Assembly: GCA_000025185.1 (NCBI GenBank)
Contig: CP001848.1
Coordinates: 150,001-182,000, forward strand
Reading direction: 5' to 3'
Length of the DNA stretch: 32,000 nt
DNA from: Pirellula staleyi DSM 6068
GTDB lineage: Bacteria; Planctomycetota; Planctomycetia; Pirellulales; Pirellulaceae
Both the position numbers and the translations under genes were made by a program. Of this stretch, positions 9,989 through 18,690 are shown one piece after another; within the stretch, counting starts at the first letter, position 1; each line of letters opens with the position of its first letter. Below the pieces are notes generated by a model. That model searched no databases. It was not told where the DNA came from and saw nothing but the letters and a program-made list of their open reading frames with translations.

Positions 9989-10009
9989 CGCTCAATCTCC
10001 TTGCTGCTA

Positions 10010-10540
10010 TTAATGCGCAACGCGCATCACCGACTTACCACGGAGCGGAATCGAGACGTAATTCGAGATGAGCGGAACCACACTTTGATGCTGACAAGTG
10101 ACGGTCGCTTCGACTCGATCATCGACAGCATTCCCACCATCGGGCCACTCGATGCGAATCGTCACGAGATCGGGATCGATCGTCATCAAGATTGGCGCGA
10201 TCGCATCCGCCACGGGATGATCGTCTCCCCCTAGAACCTCGAGTTCAGCAGGTCCCCATGTTCCTAGAGCATTCGGCGCGTTCTCGCCACGCACAATCGC
10301 TGCGCGGGCTGCGCGGCGCGCTGCCTCGGCCATCACTTCACTACGCACAAGCGCTAGCGACAGCTCGAGCATTCCGAGTAGCAAGAGCGCCACCACCGAG
10401 AGGACAATCGCCGACTCGACCATCGTTCCTCCGCGTCGCAACCGCTTCGCAGCGCGATTTCCTCGGCGTTTTTTAGCAATTGGAAACTTTCGATGGATCA
10501 TGGGCAAACTCCTTCGCAGCATCATGTGCCACGTTCTCAA
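10010..10540 (-). CDS. TadE/TadF-like pseudopilin
   Basis: TadE-like N-terminal segment RRGGTMVESAIVLSVVALLLLGMLELSLAL. The start is uncertain: several in-frame ATGs lie between 10540 and 10501. Confidence 0.7.
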   Translation of the reverse strand: MRTWHMMLRRSLPMIHRKFPIAKKRRGNRAAKRLRRGGTMVESAIVLSVVALLLLGMLELSLALVRSEVMAEAARRAARAAIVRGENAPNALGTWGPAELEVLGGDDHPVADAIAPILMTIDPDLVTIRIEWPDGGNAVDDRVEATVTCQHQSVVPLISNYVSIPLRGKSVMRVAH

Positions 10541-10542
10541 CC

Positions 10543-11007
10543 TCAGCGAAAACGGCGAATACTTACTTGGCGAGTCAACGGAATATCGCGCGGGATACCG
10601 GGCCAGTCCATCACAAGCCGCAGCGGATAGGTCACGCGCACGGTGCCACGCGGCAAGTTGTGATCGTCGTTCTCGACATCGATTTCGATTACTACTAGGG
10701 TCGGATCAAACCCCTCTTCGGCTGTCATCTCCGCCTCGGCCGCAGCGCGCACCTCTGCCTCCCAAGTAGCGGCGGTCGTGGCGAGGTAGGCCCGTGTCGC
10801 TCCCCGCTCAGCGGCCACGCGCGCCGAGTTTCCGACCGCGATATACGCCTGTGCAAAGCGGCCGAGATCGACACTCACGAGGCAGAGCGCTACGAGCAGT
10901 GGCAAGCAAACGGCCAGTTCCGTCGCCGCTGCTGCGCGACGCTGTCGCACGATTGTGATGCGTGATATTCGAGTCATTGTCACCACTCCCCAGCGCTGCT
11001 GTGCCAT
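10543..11007 (-). CDS. TadE/TadF-like pseudopilin
   Basis: TadE-like N-terminal segment RRAAAATELAVCLPLLVALCLVSVDLGRFAQAY. It lies directly downstream of tadC. The alternative start is the ATG at 10977. Confidence 0.7.
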   Translation of the reverse strand: MAQQRWGVVTMTRISRITIVRQRRAAAATELAVCLPLLVALCLVSVDLGRFAQAYIAVGNSARVAAERGATRAYLATTAATWEAEVRAAAEAEMTAEEGFDPTLVVIEIDVENDDHNLPRGTVRVTYPLRLVMDWPGIPRDIPLTRQVSIRRFR

Positions 11008-11023
11008 GCGTTTGACTCTCGCG

Positions 11024-12004
11024 TTATTTCTTGTCCGCTGCCAAACCGCTGCCGCCGGTCTTCGCCAAACTCTCTTGAATCTGAATCGCAGCCGGACCTG
11101 CTAAAACGACGAAAACCGTGGGAAATATGAACAAAAGTGTCGGAATAAGAATCTTGACCGAAGCTTTCTGCGCACGCTCTTCAGCGCGCGTTTCGCGCTG
11201 CGTGCGAAGCATGTCACTCAGTTCACGCATGGCGTCGGCCATCGTCGAACCAAACCGCTGCGCCTGCTGTACGAAGGTCGCGAGCGAGCGGAGCTCTTCC
11301 AGCCCCGTGCGCTCCGCCAAGTGAGCCAGCGCCACTTCGATTGAGCGTCCCACTTCCACTTCACGTAGCACCACGAGCAACTCTGTTGCCAGAATCGGAT
11401 GAGGCGTGCGGAGTTCGTCGGCCACTTGCGAAATGGCGGCCTGCATCCCGACGCCCCCCTCGAGGCAGGTGACCATCAAATCCAAAAAGTCGGCTAGCGA
11501 TGTCCGGAGTTGACGCTGTCGCTTCGCGCGATAGTAGGCGAGCCACATGCTCGGCATCAGCATCCCAGCGCAACCTCCCGCACCTCCCAAAAGCATCGCA
11601 TAGGCTGGATCGAACCAACCGAACCAAGCCACCACCAAACCGACAACAGGTGGAATGGTCATCAGCACAAGTTTGGCGGTGAGGTAGAGCCCCATCGCGC
11701 TCGGCGCATAGATGCCCGCTTGAATCAGCTGCGCTTGCAGGCGTGTGCGGGTTGCTTCGTCGTTAGGGAGAATCACTTTCGCGAGTCGCGGAATCTGCGG
11801 CACCAGCAGTTGCATCATGCCGCGCGGCTTCGCGCGATAGCGATCATCGATCGCGTGGGAATCCCCTTCGGTCAGCGATTCCATGCGCGAATCGAGACGT
11901 GTATCGCTGCTCGACATCAGCCAGTGAAGTCCGAGCAGGAGCGAGCTCACACCGAGAAAAACCGCCACCTGAATCATGACCGGACTGGAGAACAGTTCCC
12001 ACAT
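11024..12004 (-). CDS. tadC: Type II secretion system F-family inner-membrane platform protein, TadC
   Basis: 326 aa with T2SS-F-like topology and a cytoplasmic helical domain (LPDFLDLMVTCLEGGVGMQAAISQVADEL...). It holds the fourth position of the tadZ-A-B-C order. Confidence 0.85.
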   Translation of the reverse strand: MWELFSSPVMIQVAVFLGVSSLLLGLHWLMSSSDTRLDSRMESLTEGDSHAIDDRYRAKPRGMMQLLVPQIPRLAKVILPNDEATRTRLQAQLIQAGIYAPSAMGLYLTAKLVLMTIPPVVGLVVAWFGWFDPAYAMLLGGAGGCAGMLMPSMWLAYYRAKRQRQLRTSLADFLDLMVTCLEGGVGMQAAISQVADELRTPHPILATELLVVLREVEVGRSIEVALAHLAERTGLEELRSLATFVQQAQRFGSTMADAMRELSDMLRTQRETRAEERAQKASVKILIPTLLFIFPTVFVVLAGPAAIQIQESLAKTGGSGLAADKK

Positions 12005-12071
12005 AAAACGTCCCTTCGCTGAGCAAGCGCGACCGATGCTTGTGAGCTTGAGCCTGTGAATTCGTATGGTT

Positions 12072-13028
12072 TTAGTATTCGATATCGATGATTTTGCGGA
12101 TGCAGAGCGCGCCGATCAGCTGCGAGATGCCGCAGCCGATCAGGAGCATCGGCCGATCGAGCAACACCTGGGCATATTCGCGATTCATGACGTACATCAC
12201 CCCAAAAATCACAGCCGGGAGTGCAATGAGCACGACCGCCTGCATGCGTCCTTCGCCAGTGAGGGCCCGAATACGATCGTGAAGCTTTCCCCGTTTGCGA
12301 AGCAGGAGCGCGAGATTGCCGAGTAGTTCGGCGAGATTGCCACCCGTTTTGCCATGCATGATGAGTGCGACGACAAAAATCTGCAGTTCCATCACGCTGG
12401 TCCGCCGCGCAAGATCGCGGAGCGCCACGTCGCGCTCAATCCCGAGATGCTGCTGTTCGTAACAGTGCGCAAACTCTTCTTTCAGAGGCGAATTGAAGTC
12501 GGTCGCAATCACTTGAAACGCAGCGGGAACCGTTTGACCGGCGCGCAGCGCGCGGCTCATCACATCAAAGGCATCGGGCAACTGTCGCGCGAGTGTATCG
12601 CGGCGCCGACGCCGGAGCTTCAGCACCACCCACAGCGGAAGAGGAATCGCGGCGATGGCCACCGGAATCGCAATCCACCATTTCAAAGTCGCAATGCCGG
12701 TCGCTAGTCCCAGAAGTATCGCAAGCCCGAGCGACATCGAGGTCAGCTGCGCTGAAGTAATCCGCAGACCGGCTTGATCGATGATCGTTTGCACGCGGCG
12801 CGACAATGTCGGCGTGTCGATCATCGTGCCAGCGGCCATTTGCTGCAGGTCTTTGAAGAGTGGCGAGGTCTTCGCGCGATCGCGCATCTCGTCGCCAAAC
12901 GCTTCTCGCAAACGATCATCGACGCGCGATTTGTCGCGAAAAAACAGGTCGAACGCGAGATTCGAGAAGCCGACGATGCAGAGCGAAACGCACGCAAACG
13001 TCAGGACCGTGATGAGTAAGCTCCCCAT
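12072..13028 (-). CDS. tadB: Type II secretion system F-family inner-membrane platform protein, TadB
   Basis: 318 aa. QLPDAFDVMSRALRAGQTVPAAFQVIATDF is typical of the GspF/TadB domain. It lies immediately downstream of the ATPase gene. Confidence 0.85.
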   Translation of the reverse strand: MGSLLITVLTFACVSLCIVGFSNLAFDLFFRDKSRVDDRLREAFGDEMRDRAKTSPLFKDLQQMAAGTMIDTPTLSRRVQTIIDQAGLRITSAQLTSMSLGLAILLGLATGIATLKWWIAIPVAIAAIPLPLWVVLKLRRRRRDTLARQLPDAFDVMSRALRAGQTVPAAFQVIATDFNSPLKEEFAHCYEQQHLGIERDVALRDLARRTSVMELQIFVVALIMHGKTGGNLAELLGNLALLLRKRGKLHDRIRALTGEGRMQAVVLIALPAVIFGVMYVMNREYAQVLLDRPMLLIGCGISQLIGALCIRKIIDIEY

Positions 13029-13041
13029 GCTACGAGCGCTC

Positions 13042-14463
13042 CTAGGCAGTCACTTCGGGGTTGAAACTGGCGGGGACAATGGCCGGCGCGCCGGGTGGTG
13101 TTGTTTTTCGTTCGAGTGGAATCTCCTCGCGCGGCATAGTCGGTGCGCCAGTGAGAAACAGCTCTTTGGGGAGCGGGACACCATAGCTTTTGAGTCGCGA
13201 GAAGCACTTCGGAAGCACGCCACACGCTTTGAAGATCCCAACCGCCTGACCGAGGCTATCGACGCCAGTCTGCTCGAACTGAAACAGATCGCGCGTAACG
13301 AGCTGCCCTTGCTGCACGCCACAAACCTCCGCAATTTGCGTGACACGTCGAACGCCGCCACACAGCCGCGCGGTTTGCACGACGAGCTGAATACCAGAGG
13401 CGATTTGCCGATCGATGTACCACATGGGAAGTTCAAAGCCACTCATCCCGACGAGCATCTCGAGTCGGCAGAGGGCATCGTGAGCCGTGTTGGCATGGAT
13501 TGTTGTGAGGCTCCCGTCGTGACCGGTGTTCATCGCTTGCAGCATGTCGAGAGCTTCTCCACCACGACATTCGCCGACGATGATGCGGTCGGGTCGCATC
13601 CGGAGTGCGTTGCGCAGTAGGTCGCGTGCCGAGACTTCGCCGCTTCCTTCGAGATTGGCGGGGCGGGTCTCCATCCGAGCGACGTGCGGCTGTTGCAGCT
13701 GAAGCTCGGCAGCATCTTCGATGGTCACGAGACGCTGATCGGGCTGAATGAAACTCGACAGAATATTGAGCAGCGTCGTCTTGCCACTCCCGGTTCCGCC
13801 CGACACCAAAATATTGAGGCGCGCCTGGACGGCGGCAGCCATAAAACACATCATTTCCCGAGAAATACTGCCACTTTGCACTAGCTGCTCGGGTCCCATG
13901 CGGGTTTGACCAAAGCGGCGAATCGAGACCAGCGCGCCATCGAGAGCGAGGGGCCGAATGATGGCGTTGACGCGGCTTCCATCGGGAAGACGGGCATCGA
14001 CCATCGGACTCGATTCATCGACGCGGCGTCCGACACGCGAGACAATTTTTTGTACCACCTGCAGCAAATGTTCGTCGCTATAAAACTGCAGGCTGCTCTT
14101 CACGAGCTTTCCCCCGCGTTCGACAAACACTTGCCGTGGCCCATTGATCAATATGTCGGAGACGGTCGGGTCGCGCAGTAGTGGCTCGAGCGGACCAAGT
14201 CCCAATGTTTCGTCGACCAGTTCCTCGATGATTCGTTTCCGCTCGGTCAGGCTGATTAGGTCGGGACGTTGGCGGCAGAGTTCTTCAGCGCCGCGGCGAA
14301 ATTCAATCCGCAGCTGCTGCTCGTCCATACTGCGAAACGCCGCCAGATCGATCCCTTGGATCAACCGATTGTGGAGTTCGCGTTTGAGCTGCGTCAGACG
14401 CTCTTCCACATCGGAGCGCTGATCGCCGCGTGGCGAACTATCGGGTTTTCCAGAGAGAGCCAT
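13042..14463 (-). CDS. tadA: CpaF/TadA family secretion ATPase
   Basis: Walker [26 protein letters not shown], Asp/His box region [36 protein letters not shown]. Confidence 0.95.
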   Translation of the reverse strand: MALSGKPDSSPRGDQRSDVEERLTQLKRELHNRLIQGIDLAAFRSMDEQQLRIEFRRGAEELCRQRPDLISLTERKRIIEELVDETLGLGPLEPLLRDPTVSDILINGPRQVFVERGGKLVKSSLQFYSDEHLLQVVQKIVSRVGRRVDESSPMVDARLPDGSRVNAIIRPLALDGALVSIRRFGQTRMGPEQLVQSGSISREMMCFMAAAVQARLNILVSGGTGSGKTTLLNILSSFIQPDQRLVTIEDAAELQLQQPHVARMETRPANLEGSGEVSARDLLRNALRMRPDRIIVGECRGGEALDMLQAMNTGHDGSLTTIHANTAHDALCRLEMLVGMSGFELPMWYIDRQIASGIQLVVQTARLCGGVRRVTQIAEVCGVQQGQLVTRDLFQFEQTGVDSLGQAVGIFKACGVLPKCFSRLKSYGVPLPKELFLTGAPTMPREEIPLERKTTPPGAPAIVPASFNPEVTA

Positions 14464-14511
14464 CGAAATTCCTCTACAAACACGGGAGAGTTACGTGAGT
14501 CCTCGGTCGAG

Positions 14512-15618
14512 TTAAGCAGTAATCATGTCGGCCAGTTTTTGCATCGCTTTGGAGACCTTGCTCGCTGGTCGTTCGAGCACGGCCGGATTGCCGAGATTCA
14601 CGGCGGCCAGCATCGCTTCACTATCTTCGGGAAGGGCGTGAAAGATCGGCATACCGAGGGCTTCTTGCGCTTTTCGCTGCGGCAGTTCGGTGCTGTTACC
14701 AAAGCGATTGGCGACGACACGAATGCGCGACGGATCGATCTGCATCTCGCGCAAGTAAGCGAGCATGCGACGTGTTCGGAGGATGCAAGGGAAGTCGAGT
14801 CGCAAGACAACGATCAGCAGATCGCTCGAGGCAATCGCGCGCTGCTGTTCGCGATGAACGACATCCTCGAGATCGAGCACGACGTAAGGAAAATCGGTGG
14901 CAGCCAGCTTAAACACTTGGCTAATCGTTTCGACATCGACCCCCGCATGATCGGTCAGCAGCGTGGGAGCTGCGAGTAGTTTGACGCCGCTGGGATGCGG
15001 CAAGAGTGCGCTATCGAACATCGCATGATCGAGTCGTTCCCCCTGAAAACAGAGGTCGACGATGGTGTGGCGCGGTTTGAGGTTCATCAGTGTCGCGAGA
15101 TCGCCGCCGCGCAGTTTCAGGTCGATCAGGCACGCGCTTCCGCGCTGCTTAGCGAGCGAGATCGCCAGATTGGCAGCAATCGAACTTGCGCCACTTCCAC
15201 CACTGGCACTCAGCACGCAGATGGCTTGTCCTTTACCACGTCCTTGCGAGCTCATACGAAGTCGCGCGATGAGTGCATCGAGCTCTGCGTCGAGATCGCC
15301 ACCAGCATCTAAGTAGTCACTCGCGCCGGTGCGGATCAGCTCGAGGATGCGCGTCATCCCGAGTCCTTTGCCAATCGCGACGACGGTTCCACTACCTCCG
15401 GTGGTTTCGCGATAACGATGAATCAGATCGTCGACTCGGTCGGTTGGCGAGTTGCAATTGAGGAACAGCAGATCAGGATTCATGCCGGCATGCAGCAGCG
15501 CACGCGCCTGTTCGAGAGGAACACAGCTAGCGCGCGGGCACTCGATGCCAGCCTTGGATAGGCGCGTGGCAATCCGCGAGGCGAGCAAGTCGTCGTGACC
15601 TGCAACGAGCGCGAGCAT
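14512..15618 (-). CDS. tadZ: TadZ/CpaE-like protein with an N-terminal pseudo-receiver domain and a ParA/MinD-fold domain carrying a degenerate P-loop
   Basis: Receiver-like fold in which the acceptor position reads LLFLNCNSP (Asn instead of Asp). MinD-like core ICVLSASGGSGASSIAANLAISLA...CLIDLKLRGGDL. It is the first gene of the operon. Confidence 0.8.
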   Translation of the reverse strand: MLALVAGHDDLLASRIATRLSKAGIECPRASCVPLEQARALLHAGMNPDLLFLNCNSPTDRVDDLIHRYRETTGGSGTVVAIGKGLGMTRILELIRTGASDYLDAGGDLDAELDALIARLRMSSQGRGKGQAICVLSASGGSGASSIAANLAISLAKQRGSACLIDLKLRGGDLATLMNLKPRHTIVDLCFQGERLDHAMFDSALLPHPSGVKLLAAPTLLTDHAGVDVETISQVFKLAATDFPYVVLDLEDVVHREQQRAIASSDLLIVVLRLDFPCILRTRRMLAYLREMQIDPSRIRVVANRFGNSTELPQRKAQEALGMPIFHALPEDSEAMLAAVNLGNPAVLERPASKVSKAMQKLADMITA

Positions 15619-16032
15619 AATGCCATCGGTCGGTGGGAACCGGACCGCCCCTGCGAGTGTGTGGCGTGAATTGGTGTTGCTGTGATTGGGCAGGAGCCAC
15701 GAAATGGCAACACACGCGTAGAGGATGAGGTCTACGAACGTCGGCCAATTTCAGGACGCGCCGCACAACCATCAACAAACCAGGCAGGGGTTAGATGGAA
15801 GTTTGGAGGTGACGAAATTCGTTCACAAGCGGTTGCTTGGAGCGAAAACGCACACCTGCTACGAAACGGTAGGTTGAGATACCTGGTAGTCAAACGCCAT
15901 TGGCGGGGTGATACTGAGTCTGCTTAGTGCGATCGCTATAAAGCTTATTTTCCGCATCCTCTCCCCCTTCCCTTCTCCCGCTCGAGCGGATTAATCGCTA
16001 GAGATTGATCACGCGGCTTTGCGCAACTTTTT

Positions 16033-17448
16033 ATGACACCGGCGACTACGTCGACCCCGAGCGCGACTTCGGATGCGTGGCGCGATATCCTCCGCTCGAT
16101 GATGGCGCTTTCGCTTCCGGTGCTGGCTGAAGAAGCGCTCAACATGCTGGTCGGCTATACCGACTGGATTCTCACCGCACGCTTTCTCGCGGGGGATGAG
16201 CCGCTGGCAGCGATGACCCTGATGGCTTATCTGCTGTGGCTCTTGCCGGGGATGTTTTCGATTGTGTCGATCGGCGCGCATGCGCTCGTGGCCCGACTCG
16301 TCGGGAACAAGCAAAACGACGATGCCTCGTTTGTCGTCGCGCAGTCGCTTCTGCTGGGGCTCTTCTCGGCGGTCGTCACCATGCTGCTGATGGGGCTTGG
16401 TGGCGCGATGCTCACTAGCGCAATGCAGTCGAACGTCGAGGTGCAAACGCTCGCCAATCGCTACCTATGGATTCTGCTCCCGGTGGTGCCGATGGTGATG
16501 CTCGAGCAAGTTGGCTCCGCTTGTTTGCGGGCTGCTGGCGATACTGTCTCGGGAATGGTCGCGCGCGTCATCCTGAACATCACCAATCTGGTGGTCAGCT
16601 TTCTGCTCGTGACCGGCTATGGTCCGTTTCCCAAACTCGGCTGGGATGGACTCGCGATCGGAACGGCGACCGGGCATTTTCTCGGCGGGGCGATCATTCT
16701 GCTGATGCTGCTGCGAGGACGATCGCACATCCGACTGAAATGGGAACGTCCGCGACTCGACCTGGCAGTGCTGACACGTTTGGTCCGGGTCGGCATTCCT
16801 GGCGGGGCCGATATGCTCGCGATTATCAGCTGTCACATGGTGTATGTGGCGATCATCGGCAAGCTGGGAACGGTGGCGCAAGCAGCTCACGGCTTGGGTG
16901 TGCAGATCGAGGCGATGTCGTACCTGCCGGGGCACGCGTTTCAGGCCGCAGCGGCTACACTCGCAGGCCAAGCGATCGGGGCCGGAGATTTGCGACGTGC
17001 TACGCGGTCCGCACTCGCAGCTGCGATCACAGCGGTGATTGTGATGTCGCTCGCGGGGCTGGTGTTTGCGACGCAAGGGCTTGCGATCGCTGCAATGTTC
17101 ACCGGCAGCTGGGAGAGTGATACGGTGCTGCTGACAGCTCAGCTGCTGAAGATCGTGGCGGTCTCGTGCCCGTTTCTCGCCGTGCTGATGATCTTCAGCG
17201 GAGCGCTGCGCGGCAGTGGCGACACGCGCTGGCTGCTGGTGATCACGCTCGTTGGTCTGGTGGGAGTTCGCTTGCCCCTCGCCGCCTTGCTGGCGTGGGA
17301 TAGCGTGCCGATCGGCAGCTTCGTGATTGGCGGCTTTGGCTATGGAGTCGCTGGTGCGTGGTGGGCAATGGTGATCGACGTGGTGGTGCGCTGCGGCGTC
17401 ATCTCCTACCGCTTCTTCCAGGGTGGCTGGCGGCTGGTGAAGGTTTGA
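16033..17448 (+). CDS. MATE family efflux transporter
   Basis: 471 aa, about 12 TM helices. N-terminal LPVLAEEALNMLVGYTDWILTARFLG...LAAM and a duplicated half with RVGIPGGADML are characteristic of MATE/NorM-type proteins. Confidence 0.85.
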   Translation: MTPATTSTPSATSDAWRDILRSMMALSLPVLAEEALNMLVGYTDWILTARFLAGDEPLAAMTLMAYLLWLLPGMFSIVSIGAHALVARLVGNKQNDDASFVVAQSLLLGLFSAVVTMLLMGLGGAMLTSAMQSNVEVQTLANRYLWILLPVVPMVMLEQVGSACLRAAGDTVSGMVARVILNITNLVVSFLLVTGYGPFPKLGWDGLAIGTATGHFLGGAIILLMLLRGRSHIRLKWERPRLDLAVLTRLVRVGIPGGADMLAIISCHMVYVAIIGKLGTVAQAAHGLGVQIEAMSYLPGHAFQAAAATLAGQAIGAGDLRRATRSALAAAITAVIVMSLAGLVFATQGLAIAAMFTGSWESDTVLLTAQLLKIVAVSCPFLAVLMIFSGALRGSGDTRWLLVITLVGLVGVRLPLAALLAWDSVPIGSFVIGGFGYGVAGAWWAMVIDVVVRCGVISYRFFQGGWRLVKV

Positions 17449-17481
17449 AGCTCTTCACCAGCGGCATCAAAGCTTAGAGCA

Positions 17482-17513
17482 CAGCGTTCTTAAAAAACAG
17501 CGTTCTTAAAAAA
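17482..17513. repeat. Perfect 16-bp tandem duplication (cagcgttcttaaaaaa x2), AT-rich, at the convergent MATE/spoVG junction
   Basis: Read directly at 17482-17497 and 17498-17513. The second copy contains the spoVG stop codon (tta at 17506-17508 on the + strand). Confidence 0.9.
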
Positions 17514-18384
17514 CACCGTCGCCAAAACCGGTGGATGGTCGCTTCGGAGCCCGTGGATCAGCCGGGCGCTCGCGCCGCTCACTTTGCTCACGCGGAGCCC
17601 GATCTTTCGGCAATCGCGAGTGCCCTTCGCGCGATAGATGATGGGGTGGCGGAACGCTGCCACTCCCTTCATCGTCACTCTCTGCTGCGACCCGCTCGAC
17701 CTCGGAACTTGTGGATGCTTCGGTGGGGATCGTTCGCGCGCCGATGCCGGTTCCACTCACGGGCAAATGCGGAGGAGGAACGGCTGGATCGGCCGGCTCG
17801 AGATGCGTAGTGGGAGCGGGGGCAATCGAAGCGGGCATGATGATCGGTGGCGATCCCGGGAGTGGCGAGGAAGCCGAAACCGGCGCGGCTGGCGGCGCAG
17901 GAATATTTCCCGCCGAGGGTCGCGCGGCACGTTTGTCTTCGGACGGCATGTACAAGGGATCGAACTCGTCGTCGTAGTCTTCGTCGTAGCGGCTGACATA
18001 GCCGGGCTGCTTCGCGCGCTCGAGTTCGACGCGAAATTCCTGGATCACGCGCGACTGAATTGCCTCGCGACAGGCCGAGTTAATCGGATGAGCAATATCG
18101 GCATACAGCTTCGCTCGGCCATCTTGATCGCGCACCAAACGATCTTCGCGCTGCCGTGCGCCGCAATGGTTGCAGTAGCCAGCTTTCAAGTGATTTTTCG
18201 AGCCGCACTGATGGCAATGGCTCGTCAGTTTTCGACTCGGCATCGCTACGAACGGACCACTCGAGCCTTCGATGATCTTCAGATCGCGCACGACAAAAGC
18301 GTTGTCGAAGGTAATCGAACAGAAGGCTTGCAAACGATCGTCCGAATCCTCCATGAGCTTGATGCGTACCTCGGTGATCTCCAT
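17506..18384 (-). CDS. spoVG: SpoVG family protein with an inserted CxxC...CxxC zinc-ribbon and a ~190 aa acidic/Pro-rich C-terminal tail
   Basis: [10 protein letters not shown]...[35 protein letters not shown] ... [17 protein letters not shown] is the canonical SpoVG core. The ATG at 18384 is preceded by AGGAGG. The ORF track's 46-codon N-terminal extension has no support. Confidence 0.85.
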   Translation of the reverse strand: MEITEVRIKLMEDSDDRLQAFCSITFDNAFVVRDLKIIEGSSGPFVAMPSRKLTSHCHQCGSKNHLKAGYCNHCGARQREDRLVRDQDGRAKLYADIAHPINSACREAIQSRVIQEFRVELERAKQPGYVSRYDEDYDDEFDPLYMPSEDKRAARPSAGNIPAPPAAPVSASSPLPGSPPIIMPASIAPAPTTHLEPADPAVPPPHLPVSGTGIGARTIPTEASTSSEVERVAAESDDEGSGSVPPPHHLSREGHSRLPKDRAPREQSERRERPADPRAPKRPSTGFGDGVF

Positions 18385-18690
18385 GGTGCCAGCCTCCTGA
18401 TGTTCGCAATCGATCGGTGCCAAGGTGCGCGTGTCGCCACTGGTCAGCCGGTCGGAATCGTTGCCCCGCATCGGTCGTCGTGAAATGTCTGCCTTCTCAT
18501 CGCGCACCAACTCGTCAGTCACTTACCAGCGCGATCTCGTTTGCTCAGTTCTCTTTTGCGGTTTCGTTGCTGCGTCCCTACTTCAACTAGTTGCCAACCA
18601 TCAGGTGTCGATCAAGGAGTGTTTTGTCGTTCGTTGCTCAAGCTCAGTGCTGTGAAAACTTGGTGTAGTGAATAGTCGGTGCTGTAAAAA

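Noticed and set aside
15619-16032. Search for a small Flp-pilin gene upstream of tadZ
   Set aside because: The only minus-strand mini-ORFs I could translate (for example MRKISFIAIALSRLSITPPMAFDYQVSQPTVS from 15957) lack the Flp G/xxxxEY processing motif and hydrophobic helix pattern.
18385-18522. N-terminal extension of spoVG offered by the ORF track; similar extensions occur at 4640-4828, 19702-19851, 21394-21570 and 25074-25184
   Set aside because: In each case an internal start gives the canonical family N-terminus or a signal peptide, and for spoVG a perfect AGGAGG. The extensions are Arg-rich and lack homology-like features.
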